A stretch of 63,755 nucleotides of DNA, counting the filler, from Octopus bimaculoides (taxonomy: Eukaryota): NCBI RefSeq assembly GCF_001194135.2. It is 5 parts of 5 records of this genome, joined end to end, with 100 filler letters (N's around TTAATTAATTAA, not from the genome) between each part and the next. Parts side by side here need not be neighbours in the genome. Positions count along the whole stretch, not along the records: positions 30,239 to 44,397 come from NC_068984.1; positions 44,498 to 52,418 come from NC_068987.1; 3 more parts are not named here. One strand, 5' to 3'. A model generated the notes under the pieces. The model worked only from the letters and a program-made list of their open reading frames with translations, had not been told where the DNA came from and did no database searches. This document shows, piece by piece, positions 36,830 to 47,006 of this stretch; positions within the stretch are counted from its first letter, which is position 1; the number at the start of each line of letters is the position of its first letter. The position numbers and the translations under genes were made by a program.

Positions 36830-38260
36830 AAAAGGCGGTTTACCGAAAAAAGGAAAGTGAAACTTCAAATGAAAAAACTTTTAAGAGCTGGTTTAAGGAA
36901 GCGTTTAAAGCTGCGTGACATAAAAATGACTGATGAAGCTGCCAGTGCTAATGCAGACTGCTACTAGTTGTCCTGAGCATCTGAGAGTGTGGGTAGAGCA
37001 AGAAATGACTGCCAAAAGGGGGCAACCCACCAGAGCAAGTATGTAATATTAGTGAAACTGCACTTTTCTGGAAGTGCATGCGTGCTAAAACTTTTTATTT
37101 CTCAGAAAGAAAAGTCAACACCAGGGTTTAAAGCTTCCAAAATTCATTTACACTCCCTCTGGGAAAAAATGCCACTCCAAAAATCCAAGGACTTTCAAAG
37201 TTTACTCAAAGTTTAATCAACCTCAAATTTGGCGATTAAATAAGGAGGCAGGTATGGCAAAGAGCCTTTTCAAACAACGATTTACCAACGCGTTTTTTTG
37301 TTTTTGTTTATTTTCTTCTTGTCCTGTTATTGAAAGGTACATTACCAAACATATTTCCAACGAAATACTGCTCGTTTTAGACAACGCACCAAGTCTCTCC
37401 TTTCTAATAATGTGGGACTAGAATATATCCCCAATAATACAATTTTATTGCTCCAGTCAATGGGTCAGAGTGTGATACCTAATTTCAAAGTACATAATCT
37501 GAGAAGTTTATATGCCTTGAACAACTTATGAAAGCAATGAACGAGGAGGATAAACCTACAGTTAGAAGCAATTCAGCATAACAGATGCTAATGGATAACA
37601 CAGCTGAGAAATGAGATGAAGTGAAACCGCAAATTTGAAAGATGGGATCTTTTTTAAAACGGGGGCCACATTTTTCATTAACGAAACACTTTGAAACTTG
37701 GAACACTGGTAGAATGTGTCATATAAAACATCTTTTTCTCTTAGTCTTCTTTAAAAAAAAAGAAATCCCTAAGTTATTCCATGTTAAAGTTGTCGTATTT
37801 CTGTAATTTCAACCAATCACTGACGTCCATTCAGCCGATATACATTAAGTGCCGACTACATAAACAAACGATTCTGAAACAATTCTATCGGTGATAGGGT
37901 TAGGGTAAAACAGCAAATTTAAAAAGAAAAAAGCAAATAAAACGAAGCTATGGAAATTAAATACGCTTTACACCGCTTAATCAGCCAAAGGAGTAAATGT
38001 AAACAACTGAATACTTGTCAGTGATTGGTTGAAATTATCGAAATAAGACAATTTTTTACATGAAATAAATTCGAATACAAAAATATTTTTCTGTTCTATA
38101 ACACAAAATAGATAAGTATACGAAGTTTGAAAGTCTTTCGGTACCAAAAACACTACGTAAAACATTAATGAAAAATGTGGCCCCCGTTTTAAAAAAGATC
38201 CGAAAGATGCTTGGGAAAACATAGGGTCAGACTTTATCCGTGAATTTACAAGTTTGTATG
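36830..38260 (+). mobile_element. pogo/Tigger transposase fossil, interrupted by the MITE at 37645-38201
   Basis: Fragments DEAASANAD, ETALFWKCM..SQKEKSTPGFKASK, LLVLDNAP and PNNT..LQSMGQSVIPNFK correspond to GEAASAD, DETGLFWK, PGFKASK, LDNAP and PPNTT..QPMDQGVI. Confidence 0.8.
37645..38201. mobile_element. Foldback MITE with GGATC termini and 8-bp TSD (Merlin-like), copy 2
   Basis: 37-bp TIR ggatcttttttaaaacgggggccacatttttcattaa and its exact reverse complement; exact TSD gaaagatg (37637-37644, 38202-38209); internal gatagggttagggt. Confidence 0.88.
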
Positions 38261-39019
38261 TCTATTTGTCTGTCTGCCTGCTTGCCTGTCTCTATGTATG
38301 TATATATGTATGCTATTCAGTTTTATTTAAAATTTTCTTGCCAATAGAAAAGAGTCAATTTCTAATCTAGATCGAAGGCTCTTTCATTGGAGCTTCAACA
38401 TTAACATTGTATCTGTGTATGTATGTGTGCACGGGTGCAATATTTGGAGTCCGCGCATGATCAGATTTATATGTTTTGCTTTATGTATGTATTGTCATGC
38501 ATGTAGTTGCATGTCAGGACATGCGCATAAATACACAAGTGCTATCTTCTGGAAAGGTTTACAAATTTTTACAGTTCCATTGATCAGGCTTGAATATGTA
38601 TGTATGTATGTATGTATGTCATTGCCTTGTGAATTTATGTTTATATTTATGTCTGTATACATTTACATATGTTTTGTATGTCTACACGTGTAAATATGTA
38701 CACACTACAAGCTAAACTTCTGGAATGTTTTACATATTTCCCTGGAGCTATTTATTTTGTAATCTGTCATGTTCTTTTGGGTTGAAACTAATTGGCTCAG
38801 CACCAAACTTCTCAAGCTTGATGCTGAGACATTTATGTTCAACAAGAAAAACAAGTTTCTCAAGCTTGGCGCTGAAGCAGTTAGTTACACAACAAGAATC
38901 TCAATAAACACAAATATAAACCTAGTCCAAGTAGTAATTTTCTTGCTTTTTACAGATGTTCGAAATAGATGTTCACAGTTTTACAATCTGGAGATCTTGG
39001 GGATCTAAAATTGTTTACC

Positions 39020-39292
39020 TTTTAATCTTTTACCTGTTTCAGTCATTAGACTTCAGCCATTCTGGGGCACCGCCTTGGAGAATTTTCTAGTCGAATGGAT
39101 TGACCACAGTACTTTTTTTTTTTTTGAAGCCTTGTACTTATTCTATCTGTTTCTGTTGCCGAACCGATAAGTTATGGGGACGTAAACACACCAACACCCG
39201 ATGTCAAGCAGTAGTGGGGGTCAAACACAAACACGCACACACATATACGACAGGCTTCTTTCAGTTTCCGTCTACCAAATCCACTCACAAGA
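39020..39292 (-). mobile_element. tRNA-head SINE family A, 3' two-thirds
   Basis: Reverse complement of the family-A central and 3' segments. Confidence 0.7.
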
Positions 39293-40244
39293 CATAGTTG
39301 TGTCTATTCGTTTACCTGTCGGATTTTCGCCGCTTGTATTGCAATAAAAATCTGTGAAGCCTCTTATACCTCAAGATATGTTCAAGTATATGAAAGAACT
39401 GAACCTCTCAGCACAAGAAATCGAAGCAGATTGCAGGGCCTTGAATGGGTTGATGTGTGTGTGTATATATANNNNNNNNNNNNNNNNNNNNNNNNNNCTT
39501 CCGATCTTATATATATCAGGAAAAACACTCTCTTTGAAAAACACTGAACTGAAAAAGAACATTTCTCTTCATTTCTCCTACTTGGGGAAAGAATAGATCC
39601 ATTAATAAATAGAGGAGGAAGAGGTTGGGAATTATCTGTTGGTACCAAAGAATACGTTAGAAAAGTAGATGCCGAAGGAAACTGTTGATGACTAGATTCA
39701 GCAACCATTCTCATCGAACGTGGACTCTAGAAGAGTTGCTGGAACTACAAAGTAACGAAGCCAGCAAATTCTTTTCTCTAATCCTATTCCTCACTAGACA
39801 CTTGGTTAAAACAGCTAACACCATACTCTTGATTTGCAAAGAAAGCTGTCGAATAAATAATTACATTTCTCAACTTATCTATGTGAAAATGCATTTTCTA
39901 CTGCGCTACGTATAAAAAAAAAAGATCAGGTACAGAATAGAATCAAGTCTTGTTCATAGCAAGAGATTGGCAGTCAAAATACTAAACAAAACATCGAGAA
40001 ACAAGAGAAAAATAAGCAACAGCAAAAGTCATTAATTTTGATGTTCTCTATTTTGTGTAAACCATGTTTGCTGTTAATCATGCGAAGATAGTGATAGTCA
40101 TGAAGATGTTTTTTAATTGACTATAAATTGGATTGCGTTTTCTATCTTCTTTTCCTTTCTTTTCTTTTCTTTTTTTTTTTGCACAATTTCCTCTATAAAG
40201 AAAAACGCATAAGAAATGAGTTCAAAACTGCTTTTCTGCTTTTT

Positions 40245-40423
40245 AATAGCATTACGGAAGATTTCAGGTGTAGTAGCTGATTTAGCTCGTCATCAAAGGG
40301 TTGCTGAACTACACACACACACACACACACAATGTATGTGCGCGCGCGTGTGTGTGTAGTTCAGCAACCCTTTGATGACAAGCTAAATCAGCTACCACAC
40401 CTGAAATCTTCCGTAATGCTATT
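40245..40423. repeat. Near-perfect hairpin, ~70-bp arms with a (CA)n/(GC)n/(TG)n centre
   Basis: aatagcattacggaagatttcaggtgtagtagctgatttagctcgtcatcaaagggttgctgaactacacac and its reverse complement with 2-3 mismatches. Confidence 0.9.
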
Positions 40424-40489
40424 TAAGACACTCCATTTAAGAGGAGAAAAAGAAACAAGTAACTGATTTCAAACTTCCAGTGTTTTTTC

Positions 40490-41620
40490 AGTCATACCCT
40501 TTCATGGTGGGGAAGGCTTCGTGTGTAAACCATGGGAGCTAATTTCCAGCTAGAATTTCAAAAGCAGTTCGAAGTGTTTTCATCTTCATCCTGGAAACTT
40601 CTACGATGACCCTGGTGCCAATATGTATCAGCTCTTGCTCTTCCCTTAGGCAACTTCGGAGGCATGGATAGGGGAAACGTCAAAACTCTGATGACTTATG
40701 GTTTTCCGTACAACGCTTTTTTTAAGATTGTCTCCTGCAAAAGACACTTCAGCATTGCTTCACTTTTATAAGCCTGTACTCGACTGACGTAGAGTTGCTT
40801 TCGAACTGGAGAGAGGTCTTTGTTCCTCCCTGGTTGGTATTGTTCGCCTCAAACTGAAATAGACCCTGCCATGGTCCGACCTCGTCACTGAATGTGAGGA
40901 ATTAAGGATGTAAGTAGCTCAGACTGCATCTGGTAAACACTGCACTAGGCACAAGAAGACAAAAGTCAGCACTCAGTACTAGAGTGACGGAATGTGAGGA
41001 ACGTTACCACTAGAATATCAAATGACCTCCAGGAGATGAGCAACTCAGAAAACAGCAGGGACTAACAAAGAACTGCTGAGACTCCAAGTGTATTCAAGGC
41101 CTTCAGCAAAAAGAAAAGAAAATACGAAACAAGGCGCGGAACAGGATTAAAATGAACTCGTGTTAGCTTACCGCTGTCGTCGACGTAAAGTATACTGTAT
41201 TATTAGAGCATAAACGTCACAGTAGCCTGCCAACACTGGCTAGCAAGAAGCAAGAAAACAGTTGTAATACCAATTCTGCGAAGGTATTCCCTCTTTATTT
41301 GATACACAGAACACTTGTGGAATAACGAAGGGATCAAAAAAGCTTCCACTGCAACTTAGAGTAAGATAGAGCAATGTAAGCCATAACAAACGGGAGCAGT
41401 AAAGTTCAAGAGTAGCAGATAGAGCGATGAAGGAAACACTATGTTGAAATCTATTCCAAAGAAAACAACATCTCAGGCACAAGATATCGTGGAGTGCCTG
41501 CCTGTCATTGAATTGATGTAGTTCCAACTGTTGAACAGTTAACTAAAGCCAACAACATTCTACTTACAAACAAGGCATTAAGATCAGATGGTATTGCAAC
41601 AGAAATCATCAATCACTTGC
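40490..41620 (+). mobile_element. Decayed RTE-like LINE 5' portion (5'UTR, APE, start of RT)
   Basis: ggggaaggcttcgtgtg-type 5' end, NVR motif, FQRKQHLRHKISW and NKALRSDGIATEII (GKAPG.DGI-like). Confidence 0.45.
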
Positions 41621-42131
41621 ACACACACACACACACACACACGCGCGCACACACAATTATTTTCAACCAATTAACTAGTAGTAAAGGAATGCATTTTGTT
41701 TTTGCACATGCGTGTTTTTGACAAATTATGTTGCTTTGCGCAAATTGGTAATTTGAATTTTATAAAGATAATAAAAAAAAATAAAGGAAATATTTAAATC
41801 AATATTATATTATAATGTAATTATAGTTTTATAATTTAATTTTGTTACAACTTTGGTGAGACAAGTTTTGCGTGCTATTGTATTCATATAGAAATTTTGG
41901 CTTTATAATAATATATATATAGCTCATCAATTTTACGTTACATATGTTGTTCCTCGATGATAACATGAAAAATATCGACAATAGACATAGAAATATTTGA
42001 AATTTGGTTTTATTCCTTCAATCACAAATGTAGCAATACTCATTTGCTTGTTATGTAAGAATTTTTTTTTTTTTTTTTTTTTTTTGCAAATGTGGCAAAG
42101 AAGCCTTCGGCGACGAAAGATCAACTTGGAA

Positions 42132-42371
42132 GGATACTTTGAACAGCACATCGAGAAATTAATTTTTTGTAACTAAACACTCTCAAACTTCGGACACTGG
42201 TAGAATGTGTCATATAAAACATCTTTTACTCTGTGCTGTTGACAAAAGTTTCATTTTCTAAGTTATTTCGTGTTAAAGTTGTCGTATTTCGGTAATTTCA
42301 ACCAATCAATGACGAGTATTCAGCTGAATAAAATTACTGCTGTTGTTTGTCAACAACATCTTCCGGCGGTG

Positions 42372-42403
<32 letters not shown>

Positions 42404-42709
42404 TTTTTGTCACTGTTACTTGTCAGCTGAATATACGTGATTGGTTTGTTGAAATTACCGAAATACGACAACTTTAACACGAAATAACTGAAAATATAAA
42501 CTTTTATAAAACCCTATCCCTAACCCTAAAACTCTAACCCTAAAACCCTAACCCTAAAACCAGTACAAACGCACGAACGATGTCATAAATAACAGTGACA
42601 AAGCACTAAGAATAAAAGACGTTTTATATGACACATTCTACCAGTGTCCGAAGTTTGAAAGTGTTTAGTTACAAAAAATTAATTTCTCGATGTGCCGTTC
42701 AAAGGATCC
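42132..42709. mobile_element. Foldback MITE of the GGATC-terminus family, copy 3
   Basis: ggatactttgaacagcacatcgagaaattaattttttgtaactaaacac / gtgtttagttacaaaaaattaatttctcgatgtgccgttcaaaggatcc; inner arms shared with copies 1 and 2; (CCCTAA)-like array at ~42512-42560. Confidence 0.8.
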
Positions 42710-42904
42710 GGATACTTTCATATAGGAAAACCAAAGATCTCCTGTTGTTCAAGATACTGAACAGAAGGCTTGGAAAAGGTCCAAACTCCGGTCAAGTGCT
42801 GAAGGTTGCGTGAAGAAGACCTCTTACAATATATATTTTAGCATAGCACACACACACACAAAAAATGGATGCTGCTATAGTAGCTATTATTAAAGAAGCT
42901 GTTA

Positions 42905-43170
42905 TAAGGAAGGATTCTTTAATCTCACCTCATCTAGGTCGTCCCGAGACTGTTTCCACACGTTTTCCCCATTCATCTCGATCTTCCATAATGGTCCTCA
43001 GCTCCTGTACCCCTTCCATACCAGTATCCTCCAGCAAGTTGTCGATATAGGTCGTCTTCCTCCTGGTTCTTCCTTCCGTTGGTTGCCAGAGCACTAGCTT
43101 GTTAGCAATTTCATCGGTGTGTTTGATGCAGTGTCCAGCTAACCTCATATTTCTATCCTGTATCTTCAAT
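42905..43170 (-). mobile_element. RTE LINE C-terminal fragment
   Basis: MRLAGHCIKH..KLVLWQPTEGRTRRKTTYIDNLLEDTGM..MEDRDEW: typical RTE ORF end. Confidence 0.8.
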
Positions 43171-44060
43171 GTTACTTTTGATAGTCCCTGGTATTTTGCG
43201 ATACAAAAGAAGTTAACTTCAGTAGTGAGAAAATTCAGCCGATTGTCGCGATTCGCTGGAATCTTGCTCACATGATCAGCGAATCTGACCAATCGCAACT
43301 TCGCCTTGAAAGATTATTGACTACATCATCGACCGGATATGGCCGATTACGATTACACGTGAAATAGGCTCCGACGAAGACAGTGGCCAAGTGGAAGAAG
43401 ACGAAAGGGAAATCCTCTCGAAACGAACGTAAGTTCAACCCTCTTTCCTTTTCGATATGGCTATGCTACGTATTGCTTGTTTTAAAAAAGGAAAAAAAGA
43501 GAGAAGGAAAAAAAGGAAGAAATAAAAAGAAAATAACCGGCAGGTCAATAAATCGAACCCTGAACATTTTCATCTAAATCATTTTAATTTTTAACTTTAA
43601 AAGTATATAATTATAATTTTTTAAACTCATACGCATCGTCCAAAGTTTTGCAAGATTTGTGTATGTCTGTCCAAAGTCCTTTGTTTTGTCCCTTCTATGT
43701 ATAACCTTTATGGTTAATAAAGAAAAACTTCTTTCCGGTATAGAATCAGCATACGCAACAAGAGCTTTCGGTTGTAGCAGAGACGACGTGGCTAACAAGC
43801 AGCGGCTGAATCTGGCTATTATCATGACGAACTACAGACAGCAACACAGCTAATTTCAACAAAACGGACTTTCCATAACATATTGACTAACTATAATTTT
43901 TCTAATACTATTTCTATAACACCAAACTCTCAACTTTTATCGTAATACTATTAAATAACATTTAAACTCTCAACATTTATTGTAATTTTTTAATTACACC
44001 AGTTACTATAACATCCAAACTCTCAGAAGAAATAAAGTTGTTCATAAAACCTCAACAGAT

Positions 44061-44397
44061 TTGTGGTAAGTAGCTTGCTTACCAACCACATGGTTCCGGG
44101 TTCAGTCCCACTGCGTGGCACTTTGGGCAAGTGTCTTCTACTATAGCCTCGGGCCGACCAAAGCCTTGTGAGTGGATTTGGTAGACGGAAACTGAAAGAA
44201 GACCGTCGTATATATGTATATGTATATATATGTGTTTGTGTGTCTGTGTTTGTCACCCCAACATCACTTGACAACCGATGCTGGTGTGTTTACGTCTCCG
44301 TAACTTAGTGGTTCGGCAAAAGAGACCGATAGAATAAGTACTAGGCTTACAAAGAATAAGTCCTGGAGGTCGATTTGCTCGACTAAAGGCGGTGCTC
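44061..44397 (+). mobile_element. tRNA-head SINE family A, young copy (ends in gap)
   Basis: Nearly identical to the 52002 copy and to the reverse complement of the 18251 copy. Confidence 0.85.
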
Positions 44398-44925
44398 NNN
44401 NNNNNNNNNNNNNNNNNNNNNNNNNNNNNNNNNNNNNNNNNTTAATTAATTAANNNNNNNNNNNNNNNNNNNNNNNNNNNNNNNNNNNNNNNNNNNNATA
44501 TATATATAAGCAAATATATGTTCATATGTAAATATGTAAATATATATACGAATATGTATATATGCATGTATGTATCTATGTATATGTATGTATCTATGTA
44601 TCTATGTATGTACATATATAAGTGTGTGTGTGTGTGCGTGTGTGTGTAATTTCAGCCACACTATTGATAGACGGAACTGTCAGGATCCCGTCATACGTAC
44701 ATACATACATATATACATGCACAAACGCACAAAGTGCATATACACATTGATAGGTGGCGGTCTACGCCTGTTGTCTACGTAACATCCGGCCTTGTATTGA
44801 AAACCCCCAAAAATATGCAGAACAGAGAAACTTTCTCATTCAATAAAATTGATAAAATACATAACGAACCCCAGTGGGAATTGATGCAACGAGCTACACC
44901 TTTGAAGGTAGTGAGCTTCCATGCG

Positions 44926-44976
<51 letters not shown>

Positions 44977-45098
44977 GGTTATTTTTAGCAAGATTAAAAA
45001 TAACTTTTACTAATGAGATAATGCTAAACCGAGTCAACGTTAACTGTCCGGCAGGTGTGCGCGAGCACATACACGTACATGCACACTCACACACACAC

Positions 45099-45136
<38 letters not shown>

Positions 45137-45184
45137 ACACATGCACACATACACACAAAGGCATACAAATGTAAAGAAAATCGT

Positions 45185-45430
45185 TTAGTTTTGTCCTCTG
45201 TGGTCATCAAAGTTGGCCGTCCTGACAGGGCCTCATCTATGACCTTGAAATGACCAGCCCGAAACCTTGATCATCCATATTTCTACTGTGGAGTAAGATA
45301 GGCAGCCATCCTTCAAACCTTCCTTCATTTCACCAGGGGTTTCCACCGATCATTTGCCTTGCAAAAAGTGGGACTTCATGACCGCCCGTGCTTCAGTTTT
45401 AATAAAATCCACTATGGGAGCTGCTATCAT
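45185..45430 (-). mobile_element. mariner transposase N-terminal fragment
   Basis: DFIKTEARAVMKSHFLQGK..SYSTVEIW resembles mariner ..EYRAVIKFL...SYSTV..W. Confidence 0.55.
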
Positions 45431-45964
45431 GTGTTGAATCTGCAAAAAAAAAAAAGAGAAGAGATAGATATATAGTATACCATCAAGACATTTTGCATAT
45501 CCTCTCCGAAACAGTTGTTCTACCTGCTTTGTAAAGGTATTTACTCTACCCACTTGCCCTATTGATATCTCTCACTTAAACTTTAAAGTAATTTGAACCC
45601 CAAAGTAATTTATTAGCAGATTTCTGAATGTTTTAACACTCCAAGATAAAAGTATGTTATTTGACAACAGTGAAGCAAGAAATATTCACTTTTAAATGGA
45701 AGCGACAAATATTTATAAGGTCCAAACTTAATACATATTTTCCAACAGGTATATTCATCCACTGTTCTGTTAATTTGTTCGTAATGCAGACAAAGACGTA
45801 GAGTTAGTTTAACAGTATGAAAGGTGCAGTTGTTGTCCGCATGTAGTAGCGAGTAGACGCAAACATTTGGAAGAAAAACAGGGCTGCACCACAAGTGATA
45901 ACTCTACTTTATCCGTCCTGATAAACTAACAGTTCGGTAAAGTAAGATACCTTCTACCAGTTAT

Positions 45965-46440
45965 TTGGTTATATAACATATTTTATGGTCGCATCCCAAA
46001 GGCTGGCCTTTCTCTTCAAGGCCCGAAGACGTTTAAACCCCAACAATTGCTGATACCCAGCAAAACTCGAATGAGGCCCATTGCGATCGGTGCTGCTGCA
46101 ATGCACGTACAATTTACCCTGGGTTGCAACCAAAGCATAAAGCATTTGCAAATACGCTTCAGCCGATGGCCCAAAGAGTCCTGTCTCCTCTTTGTCTTTT
46201 CTGCAGCTTCTATAAAGGCATCTGTTCCACGAGTTGGGCTGGTATTCAGGCACATCCAATACACTCGACTCTTCTGCTCTCATCAACCTTCTTGTCTCTA
46301 AGCCTCGCACTGATCAATATCCTCAGAGTTTCTTCCTCAGAACATCGAACTTCTGGTGTTACTTCCCTACTGAAATCTTTCCTGCAGTTGTCACATCTGC
46401 AATAGTTTAAACGAAACATCAAGTTATTAATCTTACTGGT
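45965..46440 (-). mobile_element. RTE LINE C-terminal fragment
   Basis: Broken ORFs with ETRRLMRAEE..VL and Arg-rich EKTKRRQDSLGHRLKR segments positioned like RTE C-termini. Confidence 0.5.
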
Positions 46441-46692
46441 CCCGGAGGACCTGCAAACATATCGGCGTTACACCTTCCTCCAGACCCAGCAAGTAAAAAT
46501 GTTTTCTGATTAAAACTTTGTTTTAATTTATGTGTTCTATATTACACTTTTTTCATAATTATTCTGTTTTTATATATTTTTAATTGGTCTCTTTATATAA
46601 ATATTTTATATCTTCTACCTCTGCCTTCGTATTTAGCTTTTTTACCCTGCCCCAAACATCTCTGTTAGGTCTTGTTTAACATTCATCATATT

Positions 46693-46900
46693 TTTTTTTT
46701 GTGTGTGTTGAGACCGTGAGGTCGCCGAGAAGAATGCTTAGCAGCACTTCGCCTGTCTTTACGTTCTGAGTTCAAATTCCGCCGAAATCGACTTTGACTG
46801 TCGTTACTTCGAAGTCGATAAAATAAGTACTAGTTGAGTGTTAGGCTCGATGTAATCAACTAACCCCTTCCCCCGAACTTGCTATCCTTGTGCCAAAATT
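46693..46900 (+). mobile_element. tRNA-head SINE family C; decayed relatives at ~8340-8520, 8600-8710, 9460-9640, 22060-22200, 60630-60730
   Basis: ctgagttcaaattccgccga (B box) ... gtcgataaaataagtac..gatgtaatcaacta..ccttgtgccaaaatt, followed by a (TAT/CAT)n tail. Confidence 0.65.
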
Positions 46901-46904
46901 ATCA

Positions 46905-46915
46905 TTATTATTATT

Positions 46916-46983
<68 letters not shown>

Positions 46984-47005
46984 TATTATTATTATTATCA
47001 TTATT
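46905..47005. repeat. (CAT)n/(TAT)n microsatellite at the Penelope 3' junction
   Basis: attatcattattatt(cat)n attattatt. Confidence 0.95.
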
Positions 47006-47006
47006 A

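Noticed and set aside
39354-39720. ORF MKPLIPQDMFKYMKELNLSAQEIEADCRALNG and downstream GERIDPLINRGGRGW segment
   Set aside because: Starts at GTG, is split by a gap, has no clear splice sites and no recognisable family.
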